Assembly (NCBI GenBank): GCA_009840355.1
Contig: VXNZ01000014.1
Location: forward strand, 64,567-128,566
Direction: 5' to 3'
Source of the DNA: Chloroflexota bacterium
Lineage (GTDB): Bacteria > Chloroflexota > Dehalococcoidia > Lucifugimonadales > JADFKI01
Length of the DNA: 64,000 nucleotides
In this document: piece after piece, positions 30,891 through 40,305 of the stretch
How the letters are laid out: each line of letters opens with the position of its first letter
How positions within the stretch are numbered: the stretch's first letter is position 1
Program-made: the position numbers and the translations under genes
Notes under the pieces: generated by a model
Told to the model about the DNA's origin: nothing
Databases searched by the model: none
The model's input: the letters and a program-made list of their open reading frames with translations, nothing else

Positions 30891-32117
30891 TTATCTCGCA
30901 GCGGACAGCGACGGCATTGCCCGTAGCTTGGCTATCATATCCGGCAATACGGACAGCACATAGTCAATTTCGGCGTCTGTGTTTTCCTGTCCGATGGTAA
31001 ATCGCAAGCTGCTCTGTGCCATTTCCGCCGTCAGCCCGATGGCAAGCAACACATGCGACGGCTCCAACGATGCGGACGAACAAGCGCTTCCACTTGACGC
31101 GCAGATGCCCGCGAAGTCCAGCCCGAGCAGCACAGGCTCGCCTTCGACGCCTCTGAACGACAAATTCACATTGCTGGGCAGTCGTTGTGCCGGGTGACCG
31201 TTGAGCTTTACACCGTCAATCGTCTCGAATATACCCTGCGTCAGCCGTTCGCGTAGTCGTAGGCAGTGTGCCGAGCTCGCTTCCCGTTCCTGTGCGGCGA
31301 GACGCAGCGCCTCGCCGAATCCGACGATGCCGGGCACATTCTCGGTGCCGGAGCGCCGCTGTCGTTCTTGACCGCCGCCTGCGTTTTGCTCGTCGAATGG
31401 CGTACCGCGCCTGATGTACAGAAGACCCACGCCTTTGGGACCGTACATTTTATGCGCGGACAGGCTAAGCAATTCCACGCCCAATTCGCGGACATTGATG
31501 TCGAGGAATCCGGCGGCTTGCACGGCGTCCGTGTGCATCAGGATACTGCGTCCGCGCCGGCCCGCCTCTGCCTTCACATGCCGCGCGATCTCAGCAATTG
31601 GCTGCACAGTGCCTATCTCGTTGTTCGCCATCATCACACTGACCAAAATCGTCTGATCCGTGATTGCGTCGACGACATCGCGGGGGTCCACCATGCCGTA
31701 CTCATCGACCGGTAGGTATGTAACATCGAAGCCAAACTGCTCCAATTGGTAGCAGGTGTGCAGCACGGCGTGGTGTTCTATGGCGGTGGTGATGATATGG
31801 TTGCCAAGGCTCTTCAGCGCGAATGCGACGCCCTTGATCGCTGCGTTATCAGACTCGGTGCCGCCGCTTGTGAAGACAATCTCGCTCATTCGCGCGCCCA
31901 GAATGCGGGCGATTCGCTCGCGTGCGTCATCAACGGCTTTGCGCGCTTCCTGCCCGATGGTGTAAATGCTGGACGGATTCCCGAAGTCAGCCGCAAAGTA
32001 CGGCATCATCGCATCAAGCACTTCGGAACGCATGGGAGTGGTCGCCGCGTGGTCCAAGTATATGACCCTTTCTGCGATGGTCAATGTACTCCCCTTTCCA
32101 TCCGCATTATCTAACAA
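30891..32117 (-). CDS. Cysteine desulfurase, NifS/IscS-like (class V aminotransferase)
   Basis: 408 aa. [10 protein letters not shown] start region, PLP-lysine context [17 protein letters not shown], and active-site loop SSGSACSS. Confidence 0.88.
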   Translation of the reverse strand: MLDNADGKGSTLTIAERVIYLDHAATTPMRSEVLDAMMPYFAADFGNPSSIYTIGQEARKAVDDARERIARILGARMSEIVFTSGGTESDNAAIKGVAFALKSLGNHIITTAIEHHAVLHTCYQLEQFGFDVTYLPVDEYGMVDPRDVVDAITDQTILVSVMMANNEIGTVQPIAEIARHVKAEAGRRGRSILMHTDAVQAAGFLDINVRELGVELLSLSAHKMYGPKGVGLLYIRRGTPFDEQNAGGGQERQRRSGTENVPGIVGFGEALRLAAQEREASSAHCLRLRERLTQGIFETIDGVKLNGHPAQRLPSNVNLSFRGVEGEPVLLGLDFAGICASSGSACSSASLEPSHVLLAIGLTAEMAQSSLRFTIGQENTDAEIDYVLSVLPDMIAKLRAMPSLSAAR

Positions 32118-32289
32118 TCTATGAACGATACATAAATGTGTCGATTGCGGACAATCAGTGTCAGAATGCCGGATACGCTAGTTCGCGTCAGAACGACACT
32201 GTGTCGTATTGTGACACATTTTAGCATGTGCGTGCACAAGGCTCAAAAGATTGAGACTTGGCGGGGCTGTTCTGACTCAGATGCCTGAA

Positions 32290-33204
32290 TCATCTTCGCC
32301 GCGTAGCCGTCGCGTAGCCGATTAGCTTATAGGCAAGTTTCGCTGCCGTGAATGCGCAGGCGATCGGACCTTCGCGCGGGCTGAGTTCCACGATGTCGAA
32401 GCCCACGATTTCCGCGCGACGACTGACGATTCGCAGCAGTTCGAGCGCCTCGTGCCATAGCATGCCGCCCGGTTCGGGCGTTCCTACGGCTGACATAAGC
32501 GACGGGTCGAGCACATCGAGGTCTATGCTGATATACACTTTGTCGGTGAGACTTTCAGACATTATTGCCATCGCATCGGGCATATTGTCAGGCGAACCTG
32601 CCGTCCAGAATGCCGTCGGTATCCGATGCGTTCTTATCCGATGCATTTCTTCTTCGCTAGTGCTGCGCACGCCCACGAGCGCCACCGGGCAAAATTCCAT
32701 TATACGGCGCGCGACCGATGCATGCCCCCATCGCGTGCCTTGATAGCAGTCGCGCATATCGGCGTGGGCGTCCAAGTATAGCACGGACAGGTCCGGATTC
32801 AGCGTTTTGTACGCCTGCACTGCGCCTATTGTAATGGTGTGTTCTCCGCCCAGCAACGCGGTAAGCTTGCCATGCGACGCTGCGGTGGCGACGGCTGTAC
32901 GGACGGCGGCAATCATAGATTGCGGGCTGTCCATCTGCGGCAGCAATTCGGGCGTGGTGTGAATACCAGTTGCGGATATGTCGCAGTCTAGCTCTATGTC
33001 GTAGTCTTCAATGTGCTTGGACGCTTCGATGATAGCCGCAGGTCCGTGCCGTGCGCCGGCCTTAAACGATGTCGTGCTGTCGTATGGCACGGGAATGACG
33101 AATACACCGGCATCATCCGGATGATTTTCGTTTGGAGGCGTGTCGAGGAAGGTGCGCCATTGCAGCGGCACATCCCCGAGCCAATGGTATTCAGATGCGG
33201 GCAT
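32290..33204 (-). CDS. speB: Agmatinase (arginase/ureohydrolase family)
   Basis: 304 aa. Mn-binding motifs of the family (LGGEHTIT, YLDAHADM, ISIDLDVLDPS). Confidence 0.85.
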   Translation of the reverse strand: MPASEYHWLGDVPLQWRTFLDTPPNENHPDDAGVFVIPVPYDSTTSFKAGARHGPAAIIEASKHIEDYDIELDCDISATGIHTTPELLPQMDSPQSMIAAVRTAVATAASHGKLTALLGGEHTITIGAVQAYKTLNPDLSVLYLDAHADMRDCYQGTRWGHASVARRIMEFCPVALVGVRSTSEEEMHRIRTHRIPTAFWTAGSPDNMPDAMAIMSESLTDKVYISIDLDVLDPSLMSAVGTPEPGGMLWHEALELLRIVSRRAEIVGFDIVELSPREGPIACAFTAAKLAYKLIGYATATRRR

Positions 33205-33205
33205 A

Positions 33206-33751
33206 TCAGTTCGCGGTATCCGCGTCTGCGCGCGACGGCACGCCGATGCTCACGCGCTCGTGCACCATGCCGTTGTATCCTTCGCGCGGCGTGGAGTATT
33301 CTATACCGCGCTCAAGCGTCCACACCTTGACCTGCGGCAGCCCGAAAGTCCGCTTGACCACTTCTAGTGAGGAAGTCGCATCAAAGTCTTTGCAGGAAAA
33401 TATGTCAATGTTGACATACTGCCTATCCGGGAAGGTGTGAACGCTTATATGACTCTCGGCGATGATGACGAAGCCGGACACGCCCCAGTCCTCAGGCGTC
33501 TTGCCCTGATAGGTGTAGACCTGCGGCGGAACAATCTTGGTCATGCCGATGGCGTCAGGATATTCGTTGAGAAAGCGATACACGAGATCGGTATCGTTAA
33601 GCTTCTCAAATGGTGCGCCGTAGCCGTCAATTACAAGATGCAACTTGCGTTTGTCTCCGATGATAAGCGTATGATAAACCGCCACTGTATGGGCGTTATG
33701 ACCGGAAATCGGCACGCCCAGATCGGCATTTTGCCGTCGGTGTGATGTCAA
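33206..33751 (-). CDS. speH: S-adenosylmethionine decarboxylase proenzyme (pyruvoyl, SpeH/SpeD type)
   Basis: Self-cleavage motif context VIIAESHISVHTFPD. The N-terminal about 30 aa of the 181-aa ORF may not be translated, so the start is uncertain. The stop lies 1 nt before the speB start. Confidence 0.8.
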   Translation of the reverse strand: MTSHRRQNADLGVPISGHNAHTVAVYHTLIIGDKRKLHLVIDGYGAPFEKLNDTDLVYRFLNEYPDAIGMTKIVPPQVYTYQGKTPEDWGVSGFVIIAESHISVHTFPDRQYVNIDIFSCKDFDATSSLEVVKRTFGLPQVKVWTLERGIEYSTPREGYNGMVHERVSIGVPSRADADTAN

Positions 33752-33782
33752 AATAGGTTAGCACCAACGTCCAGCGCGTTCA

Positions 33783-33942
33783 AGACGATTTCACAAATGC
33801 AATTCATACCTGTCCCTTGCAATTTATACCTGTCATTTCGAGCGGGGCGAGAAATCTAAAATCGGAAACAGGTTTGCACGCAACGAATTTAATTTCCTCA
33901 CCGCGTTCAGAATGACAGTATTAGAGACTTGTGAAATCGTCT
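33783..33942. repeat. MITE-like element with nested inverted repeats (160 bp)
   Basis: Perfect 14-bp terminal inverted repeats AGACGATTTCACAA (33783..33796) / TTGTGAAATCGTCT (33929..33942). They are flanked by the direct repeat CGCGTTCA (33775..33782 and 33944..33951). Inside are a 20-nt tandem (TGCAATTCATACCTGTC / TGCAATTTATACCTGTC) and an inverted pair of the GTCAT...GCGAG.AA motif (33829..33856 and 33892..33919). Confidence 0.55.
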
Positions 33943-34126
33943 CCGCGTTCAACAATTATTGAAATTGATGGGATGATTTAGATAGAATCAACACTTGCAA
34001 GCGCGAGGCGGCGCGTTGATTAGACATTCTGCCCGGAGGGAAGGCAAATACTAACCAACCGCCTCCTGTTGCGTTAACGAATAAGAAGGGGCGGATTGCG
34101 CGCCGGATTGGTAGCAGTGGTACGAC

Positions 34127-35095
34127 ATGATTGAGCTGGAACACATTAGCAAATACTACGGCGATTTCCCCGCAGTTACCGATATTTCGTTTCGCGTGGA
34201 ACAGGGCGAGATTCTGGGCTTTCTCGGACCGAACGGCGCGGGCAAGTCCACGACGATGAAGGTAATCACTGGATTTCACCCTCCGACCGAAGGAACCGCG
34301 ACCATCGCCGGATACGACATCGTGAACGAGTCGTTGGACGCGCGCCGGCACATCGGCTACCTGCCCGAAACCGTGCCGCTGTACACGGACATGGAAGTGC
34401 GCGAATACCTGGCGTTCATGGGCAAGATACGCGGTATGTCGTCCGACTATATCCGCAGGCGCACGGACGAAGTCATCGAAATTTGCCGGCTGGAAGAATA
34501 CCGCGGGACTCACATCGGCAAGCTGTCAAAGGGGTTTAGGCAGCGCGTGGGCATTGCACAGGCGATATTGCACGAGCCTGCCGTGCTTGTGCTTGATGAG
34601 CCGACCATCGGCATCGACCCGATTCAAGTCGTCGAGACAAGGCAGCTCATCAAAGACCTGGGCGGCGAGCACACGCTGATACTTAGCACGCACATCCTGC
34701 CCGAAGTGAGCATGATTTGCGAGCGCGTAATCATCATCCATGAAGGGCAGATTGTCGCGGTGGACAGACCCGAAAACCTGGCTACAAGGCTGCGCGGCGT
34801 GGAACGCATCGAGATTGACGCGCGCGGGCCATCCCGCGAGATTGCGGAGGCTATCGAGGGCGTAGAAGGCGTAGAAGCCGTTGACCATCGCTATTCGCAA
34901 GAAGGCGGATATTCCACATTTATCGTAGGCACGGACCCGCAATCCGAACCGCGCGCCATGCTCGCGTCAACGGTCGTAGGCGGCGGCTGGGAACTACTGC
35001 GCCTGCAATCGATAGGGATGTCGCTCGAAGAGATTTTCTTACAAGTTACGACCGAAGAATCGGTGCCAGAGCCAATCGCAGTCGCCGAAGAATAG
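34127..35095 (+). CDS. ABC transporter ATP-binding protein (ABC-2/GldA-like)
   Basis: 322 aa. Walker A GPNGAGKST, signature LSKGFRQRV, Walker B VLVLDEPT. Confidence 0.9.
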   Translation: MIELEHISKYYGDFPAVTDISFRVEQGEILGFLGPNGAGKSTTMKVITGFHPPTEGTATIAGYDIVNESLDARRHIGYLPETVPLYTDMEVREYLAFMGKIRGMSSDYIRRRTDEVIEICRLEEYRGTHIGKLSKGFRQRVGIAQAILHEPAVLVLDEPTIGIDPIQVVETRQLIKDLGGEHTLILSTHILPEVSMICERVIIIHEGQIVAVDRPENLATRLRGVERIEIDARGPSREIAEAIEGVEGVEAVDHRYSQEGGYSTFIVGTDPQSEPRAMLASTVVGGGWELLRLQSIGMSLEEIFLQVTTEESVPEPIAVAEE

Positions 35096-35151
35096 GCAAG
35101 TCTATATATTCCCCGATGTCAGCAGCCCTGACTTGAAGTAAGGACAATAGG

Positions 35152-35865
35152 TTGAGAAATACATTCACCATAGCCTGGAAGGAGACGAAGGCGTACTTCA
35201 CCACGCCGACGGCGTACATCGTTGGTGCGATGTTCCTCGTGCTGACGGGTATCTTCTTCGTCTTCGATATGACGCGTCCATTCGCAGAGGCGAGCGTGCG
35301 GAACTTTGTCTCGTGGGCGAGCCTGTTCATTATGTTCCTGGCTCCCCTCCTGACGATGCGCCTGCTCGCTGAAGAGCAGAAATTGGGTACGCTCGAACTG
35401 CTGCTGACCGCCCCCGTGCAAGACTGGGAAGTCGTGGCCGGCAAGTACATCGCGAGTTTCATCGCGCTGATGGTTACCATAATCTTCACTTTCTACTATG
35501 TGGCGCTGCTGTATGTATTCGCCACCCCTGACACCGGCCCGATACTTAGCGCATACTTCGGTCTGGTGCTCTATGGCATGGCAGCGCTCGCCATCGGCCT
35601 AATGGCGTCATCGTTATCCGGCAATCAGATTGTCGCGGCGGTAGTCGGCATCGGCATTTTGCTGACCTTATCGTTTATCGACCGGATAGCATCTATCGTG
35701 GAAGGCGTCGCGTCGGATGTGCTGAACGCCATTTCCATGAACGCGCACTTCACCGATTTCGCGCGCGGCGTCATCGACACGAGCCATATCGTCTATTACA
35801 TAAGCATGGCGGCGGTATTCCTGTTTATCGCCGTCCGGTCACTAGAAACGCGCAGGTGGCGGTAA
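35152..35865 (+). CDS. ABC-2 type transporter permease (GldF-like)
   Basis: 237 aa with 6 predicted TM helices. N-terminus MRNTFTIAWKETKAYFTTPTAYIVGAMFLVL is typical of this family. TTG start. Confidence 0.8.
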   Translation: MRNTFTIAWKETKAYFTTPTAYIVGAMFLVLTGIFFVFDMTRPFAEASVRNFVSWASLFIMFLAPLLTMRLLAEEQKLGTLELLLTAPVQDWEVVAGKYIASFIALMVTIIFTFYYVALLYVFATPDTGPILSAYFGLVLYGMAALAIGLMASSLSGNQIVAAVVGIGILLTLSFIDRIASIVEGVASDVLNAISMNAHFTDFARGVIDTSHIVYYISMAAVFLFIAVRSLETRRWR

Positions 35866-37548
35866 ATGGTTGAACAAAGCGGCGGCGGAGAAAGCCTGAA
35901 AAATGTGGTGCTGTCTTCGCTGCAATCGACGGGGTTCTGGAGCTTCGTAGCGGCGGTAGTAGGTATCGTCGCCCTAATCGCCGGTGGGGCGATGTACCTC
36001 ACTGTGGAAGAACTTCGGGACTTCTCCGTAACGGTCATCATAATCGGCATCGTGCTGGTGTTTCTCGCTCTGGTGCTTTCTCCAAGGGCGATCGCCATAT
36101 TCCTCGTTGGGCGGCAAGGCAGGTACGGTAGCAACATCGTCGTGCTGACAATCGCATTCTTCGCGATAGTGTTGTTGCTCAACTTCTTGCTCTATCGTAA
36201 CCCGACGCGCGTGGACGTAACGGCAACGCGCATATTCACCTTGTCCGAGCAGACGGTGCAGGTGCTAGACGGTCTGGACGGGCTCGTGCGCGCGAATGCG
36301 TTTTTCGTGCCGTCCGACACCAGAAGTGTCGCAGCACAGCAGCAAGCGGAAGACCTGCTTAACGAATTCACTCGCCGCAGCAACATGTTCAGCTATCGCT
36401 TCGTGGACCCCGAATTGCAGCGAAGCGTGGCACAGCAGTACGGCGTGACAACTTTCCCCGCCATAGTATTCGAAGACTTGGACGACGGCACGCAGCAAAG
36501 CGTTCAGACATTCACGGAGCAAGACTTCGTAACTAGCATTCTCATCGTAACCGGCGCAGAGCAGAAGATTGTCTATTACCTGACCGGACACGACGAAGCC
36601 GGCGCAACCAGAGACTTACTGTCCGGGGACATAGACTTAGACAACGGATTGGACTATGCCATTTCAGGAATGCAGCGCGATAACTACCGCGTGCTGCCCT
36701 TGAACCTTAAACAAGTAGGCGCCGTGCCGGAAGACGCCGCTGTAGTAGTAATAGCGGGGCCTAAGCAAGACTTGGACACCGATGAATTCGCCGCGCTCGA
36801 CGCCTACATGAAGGGCGGCGGCAGGATTATCGCGCTGTACGACCCTACTACTCCGGATGGCTTCAACTTTCTGATAGCGCAGTGGGGCGTGCTGGTCGCG
36901 ACCCGTGATCCCAGCACGAATATGCCATTGAGCATCGCCGACGCCGTTAGCAATGTCGCAGGCGAAGAGCTGACGCCGCTGCTGCAACGCGCGAACATTC
37001 AGTATTCTACAAGCACATCGCCAACCACGCAGGGCATACCGATCGCCGACCAGATAGATGTAACCTTCTTCCCCGAAGCGGCTGCCGTTGACAGGCTGAT
37101 ACCGCCGGAAGAGACACCGCCATTCGTGCGCATTTTGCCAATTGCAATGACCACACCCGCGAGCTGGCTAGAATCGAACGCGGAAGATGTGAGCTACAAT
37201 GCGGGCGAAGAACGGCTGGGGCCATTCCCAATATCCGTGGTAGTGGAAGCCACAGGCACGATTGACGAATCGCTGCGCCACCCTCAGGCGAAATTCGTCG
37301 TGTTCGGCGACTCGGACTTCGCTAAGAACAAGTTCTTTGCATCGAGCGACAACGCGGATCTGTTCCTAAACTCGGTGAACTGGCTTGCGGAAGACTATGA
37401 GCTAATCTCCATTCGCCCGAAGGTTTTCCCATACCGCGAGCTTGTGGTGACCACACGAGAACGCGACTTCATCAAGTGGTCGAGCTGGTTCGTGCCGCCG
37501 GTCATCATGCTCATCATCGGCGCAGTCGTGTGGTGGCGAAGGCGCTAG
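35866..37548 (+). CDS. GldG-like ABC-system auxiliary protein
   Basis: 560 aa. N-terminal TM helices, a large extracytoplasmic domain and a C-terminal TM helix (VPPVIMLIIGAVVWW). The ATG immediately follows the permease stop (TAAATG). Confidence 0.7.
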   Translation: MVEQSGGGESLKNVVLSSLQSTGFWSFVAAVVGIVALIAGGAMYLTVEELRDFSVTVIIIGIVLVFLALVLSPRAIAIFLVGRQGRYGSNIVVLTIAFFAIVLLLNFLLYRNPTRVDVTATRIFTLSEQTVQVLDGLDGLVRANAFFVPSDTRSVAAQQQAEDLLNEFTRRSNMFSYRFVDPELQRSVAQQYGVTTFPAIVFEDLDDGTQQSVQTFTEQDFVTSILIVTGAEQKIVYYLTGHDEAGATRDLLSGDIDLDNGLDYAISGMQRDNYRVLPLNLKQVGAVPEDAAVVVIAGPKQDLDTDEFAALDAYMKGGGRIIALYDPTTPDGFNFLIAQWGVLVATRDPSTNMPLSIADAVSNVAGEELTPLLQRANIQYSTSTSPTTQGIPIADQIDVTFFPEAAAVDRLIPPEETPPFVRILPIAMTTPASWLESNAEDVSYNAGEERLGPFPISVVVEATGTIDESLRHPQAKFVVFGDSDFAKNKFFASSDNADLFLNSVNWLAEDYELISIRPKVFPYRELVVTTRERDFIKWSSWFVPPVIMLIIGAVVWWRRR

Positions 37549-37661
37549 AATACACGGACCAATAGCGTAGTACAGCGGTCAAGCGATTTCGGCGCGGCAG
37601 CGTATAGGCGTGCCCTGACTGGAATTGCAGCGCCTGACCGCACTCTTGGGAGAAATACCGG

Positions 37662-38756
37662 ATGAACCTAAAGGCAACGGCAGCGATAGTCGTGGCGGCG
37701 GTTATCGTCGGCGCTATCGCTTGGAGCAATGTGTTCGAGATTGCGGTTACACGCCTGCAAGGCGACCTTGATGACTACCACGTCGTGCAAGCCAATCCCG
37801 GTCGCTGGGAACTCGTGGAGAAGAAAGCCGAAAGGTCTCCGTGGTTCTATCAAGTCCACGAAGACGACATCCGGACTATTCGCGTAAGATACCTCGAAGA
37901 CAAGAGCGTGAGTTTCTACAGGACCGAAGAGGAAACCTGGGCGTTCACCAATCCGGAAGGCATCCCGCCGAGCTACAATCGGTGGGGCGGCATAACGCTG
38001 CTACTCAGCGGGCCTGGTACGCGGCGTGACCTGACCGCCGTGCAGCCCGTCATCGACAACCCGGTGCAATACGGCCTTGACAAGCCGGACACGATTGTCG
38101 ATGTCGGCTTGACGGCAGATCGCAGCGTGCAATTCAGGCTGGGCGACCTGACGACAGACGGCAGGCATCACTACGGTCAAGTCGAAGGTTTCCCGGACCT
38201 GTTCCTCATCGCGTCAAGCTGGGGCGATGTCATCAGCAGGCTCGCCAACGAACCGCCCGTCCCGAAGTGGTACGAACGGCGTGACCCCACCGAGATAGTC
38301 GAGTTGAACGTCTATTTCGGAAATCCGGTGACCGAGGACACGCACCTGATTTCGTTCATCCAAGACTGGCGCACGAAGGAATGGACGGTCATTGATTACG
38401 CTGTCGATGAAGAAGAGCAACCCATAGACCTCGGTGTCTGGGAGCCGCTGATCCCGCTGGTGCCGGGCCCCGAAGGTATGACGGTCATCGTGCCGGCAGT
38501 TGACGACCAGGATTATACGCCTTGGGGCATTAACGACGACTCAAACGCAATCGAGATACGCTTCTCCGGCGAGACCGATAGAGGCACGCGATTCACTGAC
38601 GGCGTGCTGCTGCTGCTCGGCGACAAGAGCGAAGACGGCAGTGTATATTACGCAAAGTCCGAGTCGAACTTTATCCGCCAGCCGATAATCGGCTTGCCCG
38701 CGGACTGGGTGGACACCTTTGTAACGCTGGCTCAGGATCCCCCTTACGGCGGATAA
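37662..38756 (+). CDS. DUF4340-like protein (single N-terminal TM helix)
   Basis: 364 aa. N-terminal anchor (AAIVVAAVIVGAIAW). Its position after a GldG-like gene is the usual context for DUF4340. The family call rests on context and is tentative. Confidence 0.5.
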   Translation: MNLKATAAIVVAAVIVGAIAWSNVFEIAVTRLQGDLDDYHVVQANPGRWELVEKKAERSPWFYQVHEDDIRTIRVRYLEDKSVSFYRTEEETWAFTNPEGIPPSYNRWGGITLLLSGPGTRRDLTAVQPVIDNPVQYGLDKPDTIVDVGLTADRSVQFRLGDLTTDGRHHYGQVEGFPDLFLIASSWGDVISRLANEPPVPKWYERRDPTEIVELNVYFGNPVTEDTHLISFIQDWRTKEWTVIDYAVDEEEQPIDLGVWEPLIPLVPGPEGMTVIVPAVDDQDYTPWGINDDSNAIEIRFSGETDRGTRFTDGVLLLLGDKSEDGSVYYAKSESNFIRQPIIGLPADWVDTFVTLAQDPPYGG

Positions 38757-38902
38757 TGCGCGAGTGCCGCCCGGTGATGTTGAGCTGGAATTTTCCCTGC
38801 CCTAACGTTTGCGCCGCAGTTGGGTATGCGAATGTGTCTGTGCTTAAACTGCTGGCCAACAGCGCACTTCCGATAGGCTCAAAATTATTGGAGACTATAA
38901 CT

Positions 38903-40204
38903 ATGCACGCTGAGATTCTGTCGATAGGCACGGAACTTCTTATGGGCGAGTTGGTTGATACCAACTCGTCGTATCTTGCGTCCGAACTTGCGAAACTGGG
39001 CATGGAAACACATTGGGTTACCAAAGTCGGCGATGACCCTGAGCGGTTGTTCCAAGCGATACAGCGCGCAAGCGAACGGTCCGACGTCACGCTGACATCC
39101 GGCGGACTCGGACCGACATCCGATGACCTCACCCGAGAAAGCATCGCCAGGGTCTGCGGCGAAGATATGACAGTGCAAGACGACCTGCTGGAACACCTGA
39201 AGGGCTTGTTCGCCAATCGTGGCTTTCCTATGCCTGAGACGAATGTTAAGCAAGCAACCCTGATTCCATCCGCGCAGGCGATTGACAACCCGGCGGGCAC
39301 CGCGCCCGGCTGGTGGGTGGAACACGAGGGCAGCATAATCGTGGCGATGCCGGGACCGCCGCGCGAATTGCAGCGCATGTGGCAGCACGAAGTCGCGCCG
39401 AGATTGCGTGCGCTGAACCCAAACATCGCGATCGTCACCCGCAATCTGAAGACATTCGGCATATCCGAGGGCGGCTTGGACGAGATGCTGTCTCCCCTAT
39501 TCGAGAGCGAGAACCCATCACTAGGCATATATTCCAAACAGGATGGCATTCATCTGCGAGCGATTGCCACCGCAAGCACCGAAGAGGAAGCGAGCGCGCT
39601 GATTGCGCCGATGGAAGCCGAGATACGGCGCATCGTGGGCGACGGCGCGATTTGGGGCACCGACGAGGACACGCCAGAATCTAGAGCGATCGCCCGGTTA
39701 CGCGAACACGGTCTTACGCTCGCGATTGCAGACGATTTCACAGGTGGCGTACTGACAAGCAGACTGGCAGCCGTCGAAGGCGCGGACGAAGTGCTGCGCG
39801 GAAGTATAGTGGCCTCCGTGTCGGCGCTGAACAACCAGGGTGCGAATATCACACTGTCTGTTTCAGACGCGCTGAGCGGCAAGATGGGCGACGAAAATCT
39901 GAAAATTGCGGAACTGATGGCTCGACACGTGCGTGAGCGCTTTAACGCCGATGTGGGCTTGGGAATGACCGGCTACGATTGGGGCGGTTGGTATTCCGGC
40001 TTCATGATGCGTGACGAAGCCAGCCTGCAAACTCAGCCAATCCCGTTTCCTCTGTCGTGGCGGAATTCAGGGTTCTCAATGAGCGCGCTGCAACGCTCCG
40101 GCAGAGAGCGCATTCTAGGGCGCTCAATTACGCACACGCTAATACTCTTTGAGAGCTACATCAGCGGTAGGATGAACGGCGGTCAGACGGAAAACGGCGG
40201 TTGA
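38903..40204 (+). CDS. cinA: CinA-family protein (MoCF-type domain plus a divergent PncC-like C-terminal domain)
   Basis: From ATG 38903 the protein starts MHAEILSIGTELLMGELVDTNSSYLASEL, the canonical CinA N-terminus. The ORF-track start at 38756 adds 49 atypical residues. The C-terminal domain reads IADDFTGG where I recall ESCTGG in canonical PncC domains. Confidence 0.8.
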   Translation: MHAEILSIGTELLMGELVDTNSSYLASELAKLGMETHWVTKVGDDPERLFQAIQRASERSDVTLTSGGLGPTSDDLTRESIARVCGEDMTVQDDLLEHLKGLFANRGFPMPETNVKQATLIPSAQAIDNPAGTAPGWWVEHEGSIIVAMPGPPRELQRMWQHEVAPRLRALNPNIAIVTRNLKTFGISEGGLDEMLSPLFESENPSLGIYSKQDGIHLRAIATASTEEEASALIAPMEAEIRRIVGDGAIWGTDEDTPESRAIARLREHGLTLAIADDFTGGVLTSRLAAVEGADEVLRGSIVASVSALNNQGANITLSVSDALSGKMGDENLKIAELMARHVRERFNADVGLGMTGYDWGGWYSGFMMRDEASLQTQPIPFPLSWRNSGFSMSALQRSGRERILGRSITHTLILFESYISGRMNGGQTENGG

Positions 40205-40236
40205 TAAACGATAGAGACACGACGCGAGATGTGGTT

Positions 40237-40263
40237 GCGGGGCAGTCAAAATGGCTGCCCCGC
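40237..40263 (+). terminator. Intrinsic terminator candidate after cinA
   Basis: Perfect 9-bp GC-rich stem GCGGGGCAG (40237..40245) / CTGCCCCGC (40255..40263) with a 9-nt loop, followed by TTATGTTGCATT. Confidence 0.5.
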
Positions 40264-40305
40264 TTATGTTGCATTAGTCTGTCGTTATTGTTATCCCTTG
40301 CCCCG

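Noticed and set aside
38756-38902. 49-residue extension of cinA, and the analogous extensions 7758..7883 of glycerate kinase, 13905..14153 of the methyltransferase and 46310..46396 of coaE.
   Set aside because: In each case the canonical family N-terminus begins at an internal ATG. The extra residues are atypical or overlap a neighbouring gene or promoter region.
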